Shown: piece by piece, positions 1 to 9,845 of the stretch
Position numbering within the stretch: position 1 is the stretch's first letter
Layout: each line of letters starts with the position of its first letter
DNA from: Vampirovibrionales bacterium
GTDB lineage: Bacteria; Cyanobacteriota; Vampirovibrionia; Vampirovibrionales; JAGQHJ01
Assembly (NCBI GenBank): GCA_025449835.1
Contig: JANWIO010000107.1
Coordinates: 7 to 64,006 of the forward strand
Length of the DNA: 64,000 nt
Reading direction: 5' to 3'
Translations under genes and position numbers: made by a program
The notes under the pieces: model-generated
The model's input: only the letters and a program-made list of their open reading frames with translations
Database searches by the model: none
Told to the model about the DNA's origin: nothing

Positions 1-880
1 CCCCTTTGGCAACAACCCGAGGTGCAGGTGCAACAACTGGATCATACTGAATCGCAATGGCCAAGTGAGTCGGGTTGGTCACAACAACATCAGCAACTGC
101 AACGGCTTTTAACATGCGCTTTTGGGCAATGGCCCGACCGGCAGCTTTAATTTTATTTTTAACCTGCGGGCTCCCCTCTGCATTTTTCATCTCTTCCTTC
201 ACTTCTTGACGGCTCATGCGCAGCTTTTTCATTAATTCATAGTGCTGATACCACCAATCTGCAAGACCCAAGATTAAAAGCACGATAGCCACGGCAGAAC
301 AGATGTTCACTGCGAGTTGTGTAATAACCTGCCAAGACTGCGTAAATCCCATTTGCCCCATGGCAAAAAGCTGACCTTTCTCCCCATTAATCACAGAATA
401 GGCACAAAAACCAATAATAACCATCTTAAGCACGCCTTTAACGAGCTCTACAAGTGACTTTACTGAAAAAAACCGTTTAAACCCACTGAGAGGATTCAAC
501 TTTTCCAGCTTGGGCTTGAGGGTCTCCGTGGTAAACATCAAACGGATTTGAATAATATTGGCAAAAATACCAATCACCATCGTCCCCATTAAAAATGGTA
601 AAAGCAGAATGATAATCTGGTAAATCATGTAGTTCAGCATCGTTTCAAAAGAAGATAACGTCATAAACTGAGCCTTCCTCAGCTCATGCCCCAGTATTTC
701 TCGTGCCAGATGGGAGACATATTGAAAGAAGTACCCGCCATAAATTATGAGAATCAGTGCTATTGCGCCCAAAACCAAGGCTGACGTAAGGTCATTGCTC
801 CTTGCCACTTGACCTTCTCTTCTAGCATCTGCGAGGCGTTTCGCCGTCGGTTTCTCTGTTTTATCCTGGGCTTCTGACAT
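1..880 (-). CDS. flhB: Flagellar biosynthesis protein FlhB (export apparatus switch protein), 3'-truncated by the window edge
   Basis: Reverse translation gives MSEAQDKTEKPTAKRL... with four TM segments and the conserved autocleavage motif NPTH (VVTNPTHLAIAIQYD). Start codon at 880 is preceded by AAGGAG. It lies immediately downstream of fliR in the canonical fliPQR-flhB order. Confidence 0.85.
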   Translation of the reverse strand, partial: MSEAQDKTEKPTAKRLADARREGQVARSNDLTSALVLGAIALILIIYGGYFFQYVSHLAREILGHELRKAQFMTLSSFETMLNYMIYQIIILLLPFLMGTMVIGIFANIIQIRLMFTTETLKPKLEKLNPLSGFKRFFSVKSLVELVKGVLKMVIIGFCAYSVINGEKGQLFAMGQMGFTQSWQVITQLAVNICSAVAIVLLILGLADWWYQHYELMKKLRMSRQEVKEEMKNAEGSPQVKNKIKAAGRAIAQKRMLKAVAVADVVVTNPTHLAIAIQYDPVVAPAPRVVAKG

Positions 881-889
881 TTTAGCTCC

Positions 890-1666
890 TTACTGCTGAT
901 ACAACGCAAACAGATGCGTTGGAAGCTGCTGAAATGCCTGATTCAGGCTTATCGTGGTATAGGGTAATGTGGCCGATATTAAAATAAGAACCACACCCAC
1001 CTTTAAGGGCAATGCCACCATAAAGATGTTCATCTGGGGCATAACTTTAGCCATCATAGCCAAGGCAATTTCCTGAACCAGCGTAATCCCTATAATGGGA
1101 AGGACAAGAACAAGAGACAGCATAAAAACATCGGTTGTCAGGGCCATAAAGCGAATCGTCAACAGTTTTATATTCAAAAGCCCACTGGCTAGGGGAACCA
1201 GTTGAAAACTCTTGACCAAGGCCATAATCAAATAGTGATGGAGGTTGAGATTCAGAAAAAGCAAAATCGCCAAAATAAAGTAAAACTGGCTTAAAACAGG
1301 CTGCTGAGCATTGGTCAGGGGATCGATTTCCTGAGCAGTACTCAGCCCCATTTGCAACGTTACCTGGTTCCCAGCCAACTGAACTGCTACAAAAACCAAA
1401 TTTGCCACAAATCCAATGAGCAAACCGATAATAAATTCCTGACCGGCAAGCCATGTAAACATCCATAAATCGTTTGCCGGCACAGACGCATGCCCGGAAT
1501 AAATGGGAAAGAGAATCAGCGAAAGTGTGACAGCAATCCCCACTTTAAGCTGCACCGGAACCCCAGCCTGACCAAATACCGGTGCACTCACCATCATTCC
1601 TGAAATGCGAATTAGCATTAACAGGAAAAGTAAGATGGTATCATTCGTCAGTACACTTAGGTCCAC
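890..1666 (-). CDS. fliR: Flagellar biosynthesis protein FliR (export apparatus)
   Basis: 258-aa polytopic membrane protein with FliR-like sequence. GTG start is preceded by AGAGGA. Its position between fliQ and flhB fits the canonical order. Confidence 0.85.
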   Translation of the reverse strand: MDLSVLTNDTILLFLLMLIRISGMMVSAPVFGQAGVPVQLKVGIAVTLSLILFPIYSGHASVPANDLWMFTWLAGQEFIIGLLIGFVANLVFVAVQLAGNQVTLQMGLSTAQEIDPLTNAQQPVLSQFYFILAILLFLNLNLHHYLIMALVKSFQLVPLASGLLNIKLLTIRFMALTTDVFMLSLVLVLPIIGITLVQEIALAMMAKVMPQMNIFMVALPLKVGVVLILISATLPYTTISLNQAFQQLPTHLFALYQQ

Positions 1667-1685
1667 GGGTATCCTCTGCTCTGTT

Positions 1686-1955
1686 TTATCGGGTAATTAC
1701 GGAAAGGTAATGGAGAATTCGGTGCGCACGGTCAATATACAAATCCAGCATCCAGGGCGCTGCAACCACCAAGGTAAGAAGCGCCGCCAAAATTTTAGGA
1801 ACAAACGTTAACGTGGATTCTTGAATCTGGGTTACCGCCTGTATCAAGCTAATGGCTAAACCCACCACCATCGAAACCACCAAGATGGGAGCTGATAACA
1901 GCAACATCAGTATCACGGTTTGTTGTAAAAGGTCTAAAAAATCAACCTGCGTCAT
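1686..1955 (-). CDS. fliQ: Flagellar biosynthesis protein FliQ
   Basis: 89 aa with two TM helices. The sequence MTQVDFLDLLQQTVILMLLLSAPILVVSMVVGLAISLIQAVTQIQE is a typical FliQ/SctS signature. Confidence 0.9.
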   Translation of the reverse strand: MTQVDFLDLLQQTVILMLLLSAPILVVSMVVGLAISLIQAVTQIQESTLTFVPKILAALLTLVVAAPWMLDLYIDRAHRILHYLSVITR

Positions 1956-1973
1956 CTCACTCTCTCTCCATCG

Positions 1974-2744
1974 CTAATGGAAACCCAGCACGAGTGCTTC
2001 GGTAATCAAATGCCATCCATCGACCAAGACAAACAATACCAACTTAAATGGCATTGAAATTGTCATTGGAGGCAGAAAAACCATCCCCATTGAGGTTAAA
2101 ATACTGGCCACAACCACATCAATCACTAAGAATGGTAGAAAAATGACAAATCCCAATTGAAAGGCAATTTTAAGTTCGCTAATTACAAAGGCCGGAACCA
2201 ACACATAGGTGGGTACTTCATTGGTTGTTTTCGGTTCCTTAATTTTGGCCAGTTTTACAAATAGGGTCACATCTTTCTCATCCACCTGCTTAAACATAAA
2301 GTCCCGTAGTGGCGTAATAGCCATTGTTAGAGCTTCTTGTTGTGGTAGTTTTTTGGCCAAATAAGGCTGAATTGCGTTCGTGTTAATTTTCGAAAAAGTC
2401 GGAGACATCACAAAGAATGTGAGAATGAGAGATAATCCAACAATAATTTGATTAGGCGGGAGTGTAGGCGATCCAATCGCTTGACGAACCAATGACAACA
2501 CAATCACGATTCTGGTAAAAGCTGTGGTCATAATCAAAATTGCCGGTGCTAACGTTAACACCGTTAAAAGAATTAAAATCTGAAGCCCTTTACTAATATC
2601 CTGGGGATTCGTCGACTGACCCAATTTAATATCCATGGTAGGCAAGCCAATAGGCGATTGCGCCCATACAGGATGGGGAATCAATAGAAAACAGGCACTC
2701 AGTACGAGTATTCCTAGCCAGATTTTATAAGGGATCCACCGCAT
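1974..2744 (-). CDS. fliP: Flagellar biosynthesis protein FliP
   Basis: 256 aa with conserved FliP core (FLPFLVIDVVVASILTSMGMVFLPP). An N-terminal cleavable signal peptide (…HPVWAQSP) is present, as in flagellar FliP and not injectisome SctR. It is the first gene of the operon, with an upstream intergenic region. Confidence 0.9.
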   Translation of the reverse strand: MRWIPYKIWLGILVLSACFLLIPHPVWAQSPIGLPTMDIKLGQSTNPQDISKGLQILILLTVLTLAPAILIMTTAFTRIVIVLSLVRQAIGSPTLPPNQIIVGLSLILTFFVMSPTFSKINTNAIQPYLAKKLPQQEALTMAITPLRDFMFKQVDEKDVTLFVKLAKIKEPKTTNEVPTYVLVPAFVISELKIAFQLGFVIFLPFLVIDVVVASILTSMGMVFLPPMTISMPFKLVLFVLVDGWHLITEALVLGFH

Positions 2745-3017
2745 ATGTACACTCGCTCTCTTCCATATGGTTCCACAAGCACACCTCTACTACTGATGAT
2801 GACGGATTTTAACCACATTGACATCAACCAAACATAGGAGTGCCTTTATCAAAAAATCCTCCATTCTCAGGAGTTTCATATCATCCTTATCATTTCTGCC
2901 TCGCGAAAAACCCTGGGTAACAGTTTGTAAAAAAATATTTCACCAGCGCAATTTCTCCCATTGAAGGGTTTACTTTTACTAGCAGAGAACCCTCTGTTTT
3001 AAGGAAAGGAACATCGG

Positions 3018-3800
3018 ATGCGTTGCACTAAAGCATTCCCTTTAAAGGCAAACCAACGATTTGGCTGGAGTCATCATCATCCCCCTTCGCCAGAACGTTA
3101 TCTTATCCACCTCTCGAAGCCAGATTTAGATGTTGTAAACACAGCCATGAATCCATCGCCTTCTTTGATTCAAAAGATTGCCTCTCGGTTAGAAGATGTG
3201 TTAGAACCTCGTTTTACTTTAATTTGCAATTCTGCCAGCCATTTTGGCCTTGAAAATGTAACCGCCATCCGCACATTTCATGAAAAGCTCTTTCAGGATG
3301 TTTCAAATTTTCTACATCAACAGGGATCCAAATTATTTGAAGAATTGGATCCCCTAGAGGAATCCCCATTTAGAGTAGAAACTGATGGCATTAAAATTGC
3401 TAAAGGCTTAAATGCCCCTACAGAAAGGAACTTACATTGGGATTCTTTTGGGAACTCTCCGATTAGAGGACTTTCCTATGGCCCTAACAAAGATTTAACG
3501 GGCGGTAAACCGCGTCTGGCAGATTTTTCTCAGTTTATGTGGGATCATTTCCAACAAAGGCCAGAAAGTTTACTCAAGGAGATTGAATCCTTTAGTCGAC
3601 TTCAATCCATTCGACTTGAGCATTACCAACAGATTGATAATGACTACAGCATTGCCCTGCAAGAATGCGACCCTAATAACGATATTCCCCTTCTTCTTTT
3701 CAACGATCATCCTTTTTATGATGGCCCTATGCATGGGGTAACACCAATACTAAAACATTCTCAATTTGCCAAACGCCCACTCAACATCCATGGGTGGTAA
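3018..3800 (+). CDS. Hypothetical protein, divergently transcribed from the fliP operon
   Basis: 260-aa ORF with a strong RBS (AAGGAAAGGA) 7-8 nt upstream of the ATG. No recognisable domain. Confidence 0.5.
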   Translation: MRCTKAFPLKANQRFGWSHHHPPSPERYLIHLSKPDLDVVNTAMNPSPSLIQKIASRLEDVLEPRFTLICNSASHFGLENVTAIRTFHEKLFQDVSNFLHQQGSKLFEELDPLEESPFRVETDGIKIAKGLNAPTERNLHWDSFGNSPIRGLSYGPNKDLTGGKPRLADFSQFMWDHFQQRPESLLKEIESFSRLQSIRLEHYQQIDNDYSIALQECDPNNDIPLLLFNDHPFYDGPMHGVTPILKHSQFAKRPLNIHGW

Positions 3801-3840
3801 TGTTTTCCCAACAAAATCGCTTCAAACAACCTTGAGCTGA

Positions 3841-4965
3841 TTAGCTTCCTCTGGGAGAATCCTTTTGGAGTTTGGCTAATTCTTCGTAGAGTTCTTTTTC
3901 CCGGGCAGACAATGTTTTTGGTGCAATGATTTTTACCGTCACAAACTGATCCCCTGAAGAACCACCAGCCGTAACGCCTTGCCCTTTCAAACGAAACACG
4001 ACACCAGAACTTGTTTGCGGTGGAATCACCATTTTCACCTTGCCATGCAGCGTCGGCACATCAATCTCTGCCCCCAGTACCGCCTCAATCATCGAAATGG
4101 GAAGCTCACATGTAACAGTTAAGCCATCTACTTTCAAGAGCTGATCTTCTTCAATGCGAATGATTAAAAACAAATCGCCTGGGTCACCACCATTCAAGCC
4201 GCGTCCGCCTTCTTTGGCCACACGAACTTTAGACCCAGCCTTCACCCCAACAGGAATTCGGACATCAATTTTCCGAAGCGTCACCAGTTGTTTTTCGCCA
4301 TTGCATGCCGGACAAGGAACGCTATTCACCTTTCCTGTCCCTGAGCATCGCTTACAGGTTTCAGAATGTTGAACATTGACGGTTTTAATCACACCATTTT
4401 GAGATTCTTCTTTACTGATAATGGCTTCAATCACAACGTCCTCTCCCCGAACAGCATTTTGAGCAGCCGATTTTGCAGATGTTTGAGCAGGAGGGGGTGT
4501 TTTTGGTGTAGAAGCCTCATAAGATTTTGGATCTTTGCGAAACAAAGAATCAAACATGTCCTTAAAAGCGGTTCCACTAATATCGACGTAAGGCTGGCCT
4601 TTCTCTGAGGATGACGCAGTGGAACGAGATCGGGGTGGCGGATTTTTGGATTTTTGAGAAGAAGCCCGTTCTTGCGAGGCTGCCCTCGTAGAAGTCGTGT
4701 TGTGATCTGTTTTTTGAGCCGTTTTTGAATGGACGTTTTTGAGAATCCCTAAGGTTTTATCATACGCCAATCGCTTTTGCGGATCGGAAAGCACAGAGTA
4801 AGCTTCCCCAACTTGCTTAAATTTGTGCTCGGCCTCTTTGTTACCGGGGTTAATATCTGGATGGAGTTGGCGCGCCAAACGACGATATGCCGCCTTGATT
4901 TTATCTGTATCGGCATAAGGATCAATTCCCAGGAGCTCATAATAGCTACGTTTTTGCTCCACCAA
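3841..4965 (-). CDS. DnaJ-like J-domain co-chaperone (atypical)
   Basis: N-terminal J domain carrying the HPD motif (YYELLGID...HPDINPG). A long Ser/Thr/Pro-rich linker replaces the G/F region. Only two CxxCxG zinc-finger repeats are present ([15 protein letters not shown]). DnaJ C-terminal substrate-binding domain is present. TTG start is preceded by GAGG. It is the last gene of the lpt operon. Confidence 0.8.
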   Translation of the reverse strand: MVEQKRSYYELLGIDPYADTDKIKAAYRRLARQLHPDINPGNKEAEHKFKQVGEAYSVLSDPQKRLAYDKTLGILKNVHSKTAQKTDHNTTSTRAASQERASSQKSKNPPPRSRSTASSSEKGQPYVDISGTAFKDMFDSLFRKDPKSYEASTPKTPPPAQTSAKSAAQNAVRGEDVVIEAIISKEESQNGVIKTVNVQHSETCKRCSGTGKVNSVPCPACNGEKQLVTLRKIDVRIPVGVKAGSKVRVAKEGGRGLNGGDPGDLFLIIRIEEDQLLKVDGLTVTCELPISMIEAVLGAEIDVPTLHGKVKMVIPPQTSSGVVFRLKGQGVTAGGSSGDQFVTVKIIAPKTLSAREKELYEELAKLQKDSPRGS

Positions 4966-5023
4966 AGAAGCCTCTTATCAAAAAACTTTTTTAATTGTAT
5001 TGTACCCAGAAAAAAAAGCAGAA

Positions 5024-6139
5024 CTAACCTTCGAATTGACGAAGTTTTAAAATAGCACACCCACTCCCCGCAGCGACCAAAGGTGGAATAAAAGCAGCAA
5101 CCATGGGAGGTAAAAGCCCGATACTCCCCAATGTCGTCGAAACAGGAATAAAGACATTATAAAACAGCAATAATGCGGCCGCATAGGTTAGCCCCATGTT
5201 TTTCCTGGCACGAGAGCGTTCTACCCCGATGGCAGCTCCTAAAACTGAAAATAACAGGGGAATAACCAATAAAAAATAGCGTTGATAAAGACGCACTGCA
5301 TAAAATTTTGCATCTTCTGTCTCCCCACCCCGAATAAGTAAACGGACATATTGACCAAGCTGTCTCAAGTTAAACTCTTCAGGATTACCCGTGGGAAAAG
5401 ACAATAATTCATAGGCAATGGGCGTTGTTTTCACAAACATTTGATTAAACCGCCCAGTGTAACGATACACACCCTCTTGATTCACAAGATAATTGATGCC
5501 ATCTCTTAAGTCCCATTCCTGAAGCGCCTGATTCCACCCCCCCTGCATGGCTGTGATAATCTGCTCAATGTGCGTCCCATCACCCTCGCCACTATAGAAT
5601 AAGAAAATAAACTCATTTTGTGCCGCTTTTGCCTTGGGCGAAATCACCAAAAACTTTTCCATCTGCCCCGAAGGAGACTTTTCAACAAAGGTAACTTGCG
5701 GATTAATATTATTATGGTCATCAAAATGGGTGGTAATTGTAAGCTGATGTAGACTAGAGGAAGCCCAGGGGACAAAACAGTCCTGTGTGATATAGAAAAA
5801 GACTGAAATCCCCAAGCCAACAAGTCCGATAGGCAATAAAACTCGAGCAAACGGCACACCACTGGTTAAAATCGAGGTTAATTCTGACGACAGACTTAAC
5901 TGACGAAAGAGAAAAACACTGGCAAATAAAGTGGAAATCGGGATGCAATAGACTAAAACCGTGGGCACCTGATAAACCAAATAGTCAAAGCCCTGAGCCA
6001 GTGTTAGTTTTCCTTGAGAAACACCTTGAATCGCATTGAACAGAATTTCTGGCGCTATCCAGGCAATGGTAAAAACCAGGATGGCAAAGATAAAAAGTAC
6101 GGTCAAACGACTAATAAGGTAACGGTCCAGAAGTTTCAC
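5024..6139 (-). CDS. LPS export ABC transporter permease, LptF/LptG (YjgP/YjgQ) family
   Basis: 371 aa. N-terminus MKLLDRYLISRL... is typical of LptF/G. TM helices flank a periplasmic beta-jellyroll region. There is a 4-bp overlap with lptB. Confidence 0.8.
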   Translation of the reverse strand: MKLLDRYLISRLTVLFIFAILVFTIAWIAPEILFNAIQGVSQGKLTLAQGFDYLVYQVPTVLVYCIPISTLFASVFLFRQLSLSSELTSILTSGVPFARVLLPIGLVGLGISVFFYITQDCFVPWASSSLHQLTITTHFDDHNNINPQVTFVEKSPSGQMEKFLVISPKAKAAQNEFIFLFYSGEGDGTHIEQIITAMQGGWNQALQEWDLRDGINYLVNQEGVYRYTGRFNQMFVKTTPIAYELLSFPTGNPEEFNLRQLGQYVRLLIRGGETEDAKFYAVRLYQRYFLLVIPLLFSVLGAAIGVERSRARKNMGLTYAAALLLFYNVFIPVSTTLGSIGLLPPMVAAFIPPLVAAGSGCAILKLRQFEG

Positions 6140-6855
6140 AGAGCAAAATCATTCCCCAAATAATATTCTCGAACCAACTCGTTGTTAGATACTTCCTCTG
6201 CGGTCCCCGAAAAGATAATCTTCCCATCGTGAATAATATATGCCCGATCAACTATGTTCAGGGTTGCTTTTGGATTGTGGTCCGTTAAGAGAATCCCAAT
6301 TCCCCGATTCTTAAGCTGCACAATTAGCTTTTGGATGTCTTGAATGGCTAAGGGATCAATCCCTGTAAAAGGCTCATCCAGCAACAGATACTTTGGGTTT
6401 GCAGCAATGGCCCGGGCAATCTCAACCCGACGACGTTCTCCCCCGGAAAGCTGAATGGCCATGCTTTTCCGATGTCTCGCAATCCCAAACTCTTGAAGGA
6501 GCTTTTCCAGCTGGTCTTCTTTTTCTTTAGCGGTACCGGATTGAAATTCTTGAACCAACTTGAGGTTTTCTTCCACAGTTAAGCGTCTAAAAACCGAGGT
6601 TTCCTGGGGCAAATAGCCTACCCCGGCACGGGCTCGGGCATGAATGGGCAGCTTGGAAATATCCTGATCATACACCCAGGTTTCCCCTTTATCCGGCTTG
6701 ATAATCCCCACAACACTGTAAAATGATGTGGTTTTCCCAGCCCCATTAGGTCCCAATAACCCGACAACCTCTCCCAAATCCACATGAAAGGAGACATCAT
6801 TGACGACAGGTCGCCCCCCATATTGTTTATGCAAATTCTTTACGTTGAGTGTCAT
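6136..6855 (-). CDS. lptB: LPS export ABC transporter ATP-binding protein LptB
   Basis: Walker A GPNGAGKTT, ABC signature LSGGERRRVEIARA, Walker B LLLDEPF, H-loop. 239 aa is the typical LptB size. Operon context with lptF/G. Confidence 0.85.
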   Translation of the reverse strand: MTLNVKNLHKQYGGRPVVNDVSFHVDLGEVVGLLGPNGAGKTTSFYSVVGIIKPDKGETWVYDQDISKLPIHARARAGVGYLPQETSVFRRLTVEENLKLVQEFQSGTAKEKEDQLEKLLQEFGIARHRKSMAIQLSGGERRRVEIARAIAANPKYLLLDEPFTGIDPLAIQDIQKLIVQLKNRGIGILLTDHNPKATLNIVDRAYIIHDGKIIFSGTAEEVSNNELVREYYLGNDFAL

Positions 6856-8018
6856 CGTGAATGTTTCTCAGAGGCTTTCGTTGCTTGCTCAATCATCAAT
6901 TCCTCATTCAAGGCTTTGGATGTAGAACCAGATGAAGATTTCTTTGCCGAACTGACAGTGTCGTTTCGAGAAGAACTCCCCGTTTTCCCCTTTGTTCCTA
7001 GTGTCGAAGCCGTTTGTTGCGGTTTTGATTTAATAAACGTGGTAACGTTCCCTTTGGCATTAAATTGTTTTGGATTCACCGTAATCACAATCGAATCGCC
7101 AGTCACTTTCCGATCCGGATCGTCGATTTGAGAGCGACCGGTCATCACAATCCGATTAAGTTCATTATTCTCGCGGTAAAAAGTTGCTTTTGGCCCTTTA
7201 ATCACATAATCATCATAATGAATCACGGTATTTCCATTGGCCATCATGCTTCCCGTGTCTTTATCTACCTCTTGCAGGTATGATTGCACCTTAATATGCG
7301 TTGGTTTTCCATCCTTGTCTTTTGCGATCATTGTACTTTCTGTATTTTTTTCTGCATAAATGTTGCCGGTATCCAGCTCAACAGTAATGGTATCGGCTTT
7401 CATCTCCTGATCATTTTGAACCAGATGGGCTCCCTTAATAAAAACAGCCTTTTTAGCCTCCCCAGAAGGCCCTAGGATAATAATTGCCTCTGGACTCGTG
7501 GCTAACGTATCGCCTTTATGAACACTGACATGGCCAATTGCCTTCATCAAACCATTTTGCTGATCAAAAACCTGTGTATCCGATTTAATGGAAATATCAT
7601 TTGCTTTTTGATCTCCCGATAAATGAGTTGTCACATCACCCTGAGCTTGCATATCCCCTGATTTAAGCCCCATATTTAAGGTGTTGGCTTGAATGGTTTG
7701 GTTCATATTCCCAGTTTGTCGAACCAACTTAGGATGATTTGTAAACACGGCTGTATCCGGCTTCCCATCACTCCCCATTTTGATATCGGCCTGAGAACTC
7801 GTCACTTCAGTCCCAGCCATTGCAACCATCACGTTACCCTCAAAATGAGAAACACCTTGAAAAGGCTCATAGGTTTGACTGCCTGAATTAACACGAATTT
7901 GATCGGTATTTTCCGCAGAAATGGCTCGCAACCCCACAAATAAAATCAGCAAAGCAAGGCAACAGCCAACTAATAGTTTATCAGGCTGAAACAAAAAAAA
8001 GGATTTAAGGCGGTCCAT
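6852..8018 (-). CDS. LptC/LptA-like OstA-domain protein (membrane-anchored, duplicated beta-jellyroll)
   Basis: N-terminal TM anchor, then two repeats of an LptA/LptC-like (OstA_N) sequence pattern, then a Ser/Lys-rich tail. It overlaps lptB by 4 bp at the head of the lpt operon. Confidence 0.55.
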   Translation of the reverse strand: MDRLKSFFLFQPDKLLVGCCLALLILFVGLRAISAENTDQIRVNSGSQTYEPFQGVSHFEGNVMVAMAGTEVTSSQADIKMGSDGKPDTAVFTNHPKLVRQTGNMNQTIQANTLNMGLKSGDMQAQGDVTTHLSGDQKANDISIKSDTQVFDQQNGLMKAIGHVSVHKGDTLATSPEAIIILGPSGEAKKAVFIKGAHLVQNDQEMKADTITVELDTGNIYAEKNTESTMIAKDKDGKPTHIKVQSYLQEVDKDTGSMMANGNTVIHYDDYVIKGPKATFYRENNELNRIVMTGRSQIDDPDRKVTGDSIVITVNPKQFNAKGNVTTFIKSKPQQTASTLGTKGKTGSSSRNDTVSSAKKSSSGSTSKALNEELMIEQATKASEKHSR

Positions 8019-8144
8019 TCAGAGACTCCTACTTGAGAACTCTTGGGGTCTACTTTATGATAAATGACTGATAAATGAAACGAAAGTTCTATTTTTTTAC
8101 GTTCCGCCCATCAGGCTACATGTATAAATGCACAAAGGAATATT

Positions 8145-8759
8145 ATGTCATTATTTCGCAGTTTATATACCAAATACGAACAGGAAACTGAAATTTACGC
8201 CCAGTCCATTCGGCCGTGGCCAGCCATTTACAGGGATCGGCTCCCTGTCTTTGATATCAACACTTACGCCCTTCAGATTCGTATTGAAAACCAGCATGCC
8301 AAATCCATGTCGCTAAAACAACTTGCAACCCTCCCTATGTTCAATGAAAGCCGCCGTATTACAAGTAAAGCAGGGTGGACTTACTATGGACACTGGAAAG
8401 GCATTACTTTTCATACGCTATTTAGTCTCTTTACAACACCACATCTTTACCCCTGGGTACGTTTGGAAACACTCAACGGGAACAACTATGTATTGGAACG
8501 ACAAGCCCTACTCAACTACCGTATTCTTATAGAAGGCGAGGGACAACCGTTTTCAACGTTAAATGGCGGTCCTCTCTGGGCACACTGCTTTGACTATTAT
8601 CTGGAATACAGTATTCCCCATATTAAAAACATTATTCTGATGCAAGGTGAGCATGAGTATTTTCATCCCAATTTGGATATCGGCTTTACCCTAGAGGAGG
8701 CCCGCGTCCATCCAGGGCGATATTACGATATCCATCACGAAAAAATTACCAATCTATAA
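8145..8759 (+). CDS. Hypothetical protein with SUOX-fold (molybdopterin-oxidoreductase-like) sequence pattern; lacks the Mo-ligand cysteine
   Basis: The pattern LPVFDINTYALQIRIENQHAKSMSLKQLATLP...AGWTYYGHWKGITFHTLF resembles the N-terminal Oxidored_molyb domain. No Cys is present where sulfite-oxidase family enzymes have the Mo ligand. Good RBS (AAAGGAA). Confidence 0.4.
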   Translation: MSLFRSLYTKYEQETEIYAQSIRPWPAIYRDRLPVFDINTYALQIRIENQHAKSMSLKQLATLPMFNESRRITSKAGWTYYGHWKGITFHTLFSLFTTPHLYPWVRLETLNGNNYVLERQALLNYRILIEGEGQPFSTLNGGPLWAHCFDYYLEYSIPHIKNIILMQGEHEYFHPNLDIGFTLEEARVHPGRYYDIHHEKITNL

Positions 8760-8933
8760 GCCTTAACGAACCCTAAATACACATTGGAACCTCCAAGCGA
8801 TTTGGCAGTCTATCGGCTCTTATCGTTGTATTGACGCGATGGAATGATGCTTAAGCAATCTCAACCCAAACATTTGCTCCATAGAGAATGTTTTCAAAGA
8901 AAAGGGATGGTCGAAATCCTGTTTTTTTGCCAC

Positions 8934-9845
8934 AATATGACTAACGCTGTAAAAAGGAACCCTTGTGTGAATTCCGCTGTAAAATCTATTTTTCTGTGTA
9001 GTGTTCTATGGGCTTTAACAGTCCCATTATGTTTTGCAGACGTTCCCCAGCAAGCCCCAAAAGCCAAAACAGTTCAGTTACAATCGGATAAAGCACCCAA
9101 AATTCATCTATCACCTGCCATTGGGACCCTAAAAGAACCCCTAGAAGCCCATATCAATACCACATATCAACTCACCAATGAAGACACCTACAACTTAAAA
9201 CAACTGTGGCAAGCCGTCATTAATCATAACCCCGTGGTTCAATACGGTTTAAAAATCCTGGCCACCCCCCCTGAACTGCGGTATTTCCATACCAGTATTC
9301 TTTCACGAGCTATTGGTGGGCTTTTAAGTGGCGTTGCGTTGGTTCCTTATATGATGGGAGCCAACCAGTATGAAGCTGGAGCCGCATCCATTAGCGCCAA
9401 CATGATGGACAGAGCCATCAATCATACCGAAAAAGAGGATCCTTCAAAGCTCCCTTCTGATATTGAGCTGGTCGAGCTTTCTAGTTTTGTGCAAGGACTC
9501 CAAAAATCCGTAATTGAAAATTATTTCCAGTACAAACACAGCTTAATGGCCTACGTTAAAACCGATGCGATGGTCAAACAAATTACCCAACAATACCCAA
9601 AAACAACAGAAACAGCCCACACATTAAACGATTTATGGGTTCAATCCCTTTATCAGTCTGCAACCAATGAAAGACTTTTGGCAAAACAATCGGCCCAGAA
9701 GCACTATCTTGCCCTTGAACGCCTGGTGGGCACCAATGGCATGAAGGATCTGGTGTTTAATGATATGCCACTGACTGCAAATACCGGCAAAGATCAAAAC
9801 CTCTCCAATAATTTTTCTGTCAAAAAGGATGTGCTAAAACAATGA
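8934..9845 (+). CDS. Secreted protein with TolC/outer-membrane-factor-like N-terminal helix motif
   Basis: Signal peptide (…LWALTVPLCFA|DVPQQ). The motif YQLTNEDTYNLKQLWQAVINHNPVVQ matches the OMF N-terminal L..L...AL.NNP pattern. The long ORF beginning at 8844 probably starts at the internal Met chosen here. Its stop overlaps the next gene's start (ATGA). Confidence 0.4.
   Translation, partial: NMTNAVKRNPCVNSAVKSIFLCSVLWALTVPLCFADVPQQAPKAKTVQLQSDKAPKIHLSPAIGTLKEPLEAHINTTYQLTNEDTYNLKQLWQAVINHNPVVQYGLKILATPPELRYFHTSILSRAIGGLLSGVALVPYMMGANQYEAGAASISANMMDRAINHTEKEDPSKLPSDIELVELSSFVQGLQKSVIENYFQYKHSLMAYVKTDAMVKQITQQYPKTTETAHTLNDLWVQSLYQSATNERLLAKQSAQKHYLALERLVGTNGMKDLVFNDMPLTANTGKDQNLSNNFSVKKDVLKQ

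Noticed and set aside
1-2744. Interpretation of fliPQR-flhB as a type III secretion injectisome (sctRSTU)
   Set aside because: FliP has an N-terminal cleavable signal peptide, which is characteristic of flagellar FliP. Gene order fliPQR-flhB is the standard flagellar arrangement. No other injectisome genes are present in the window.
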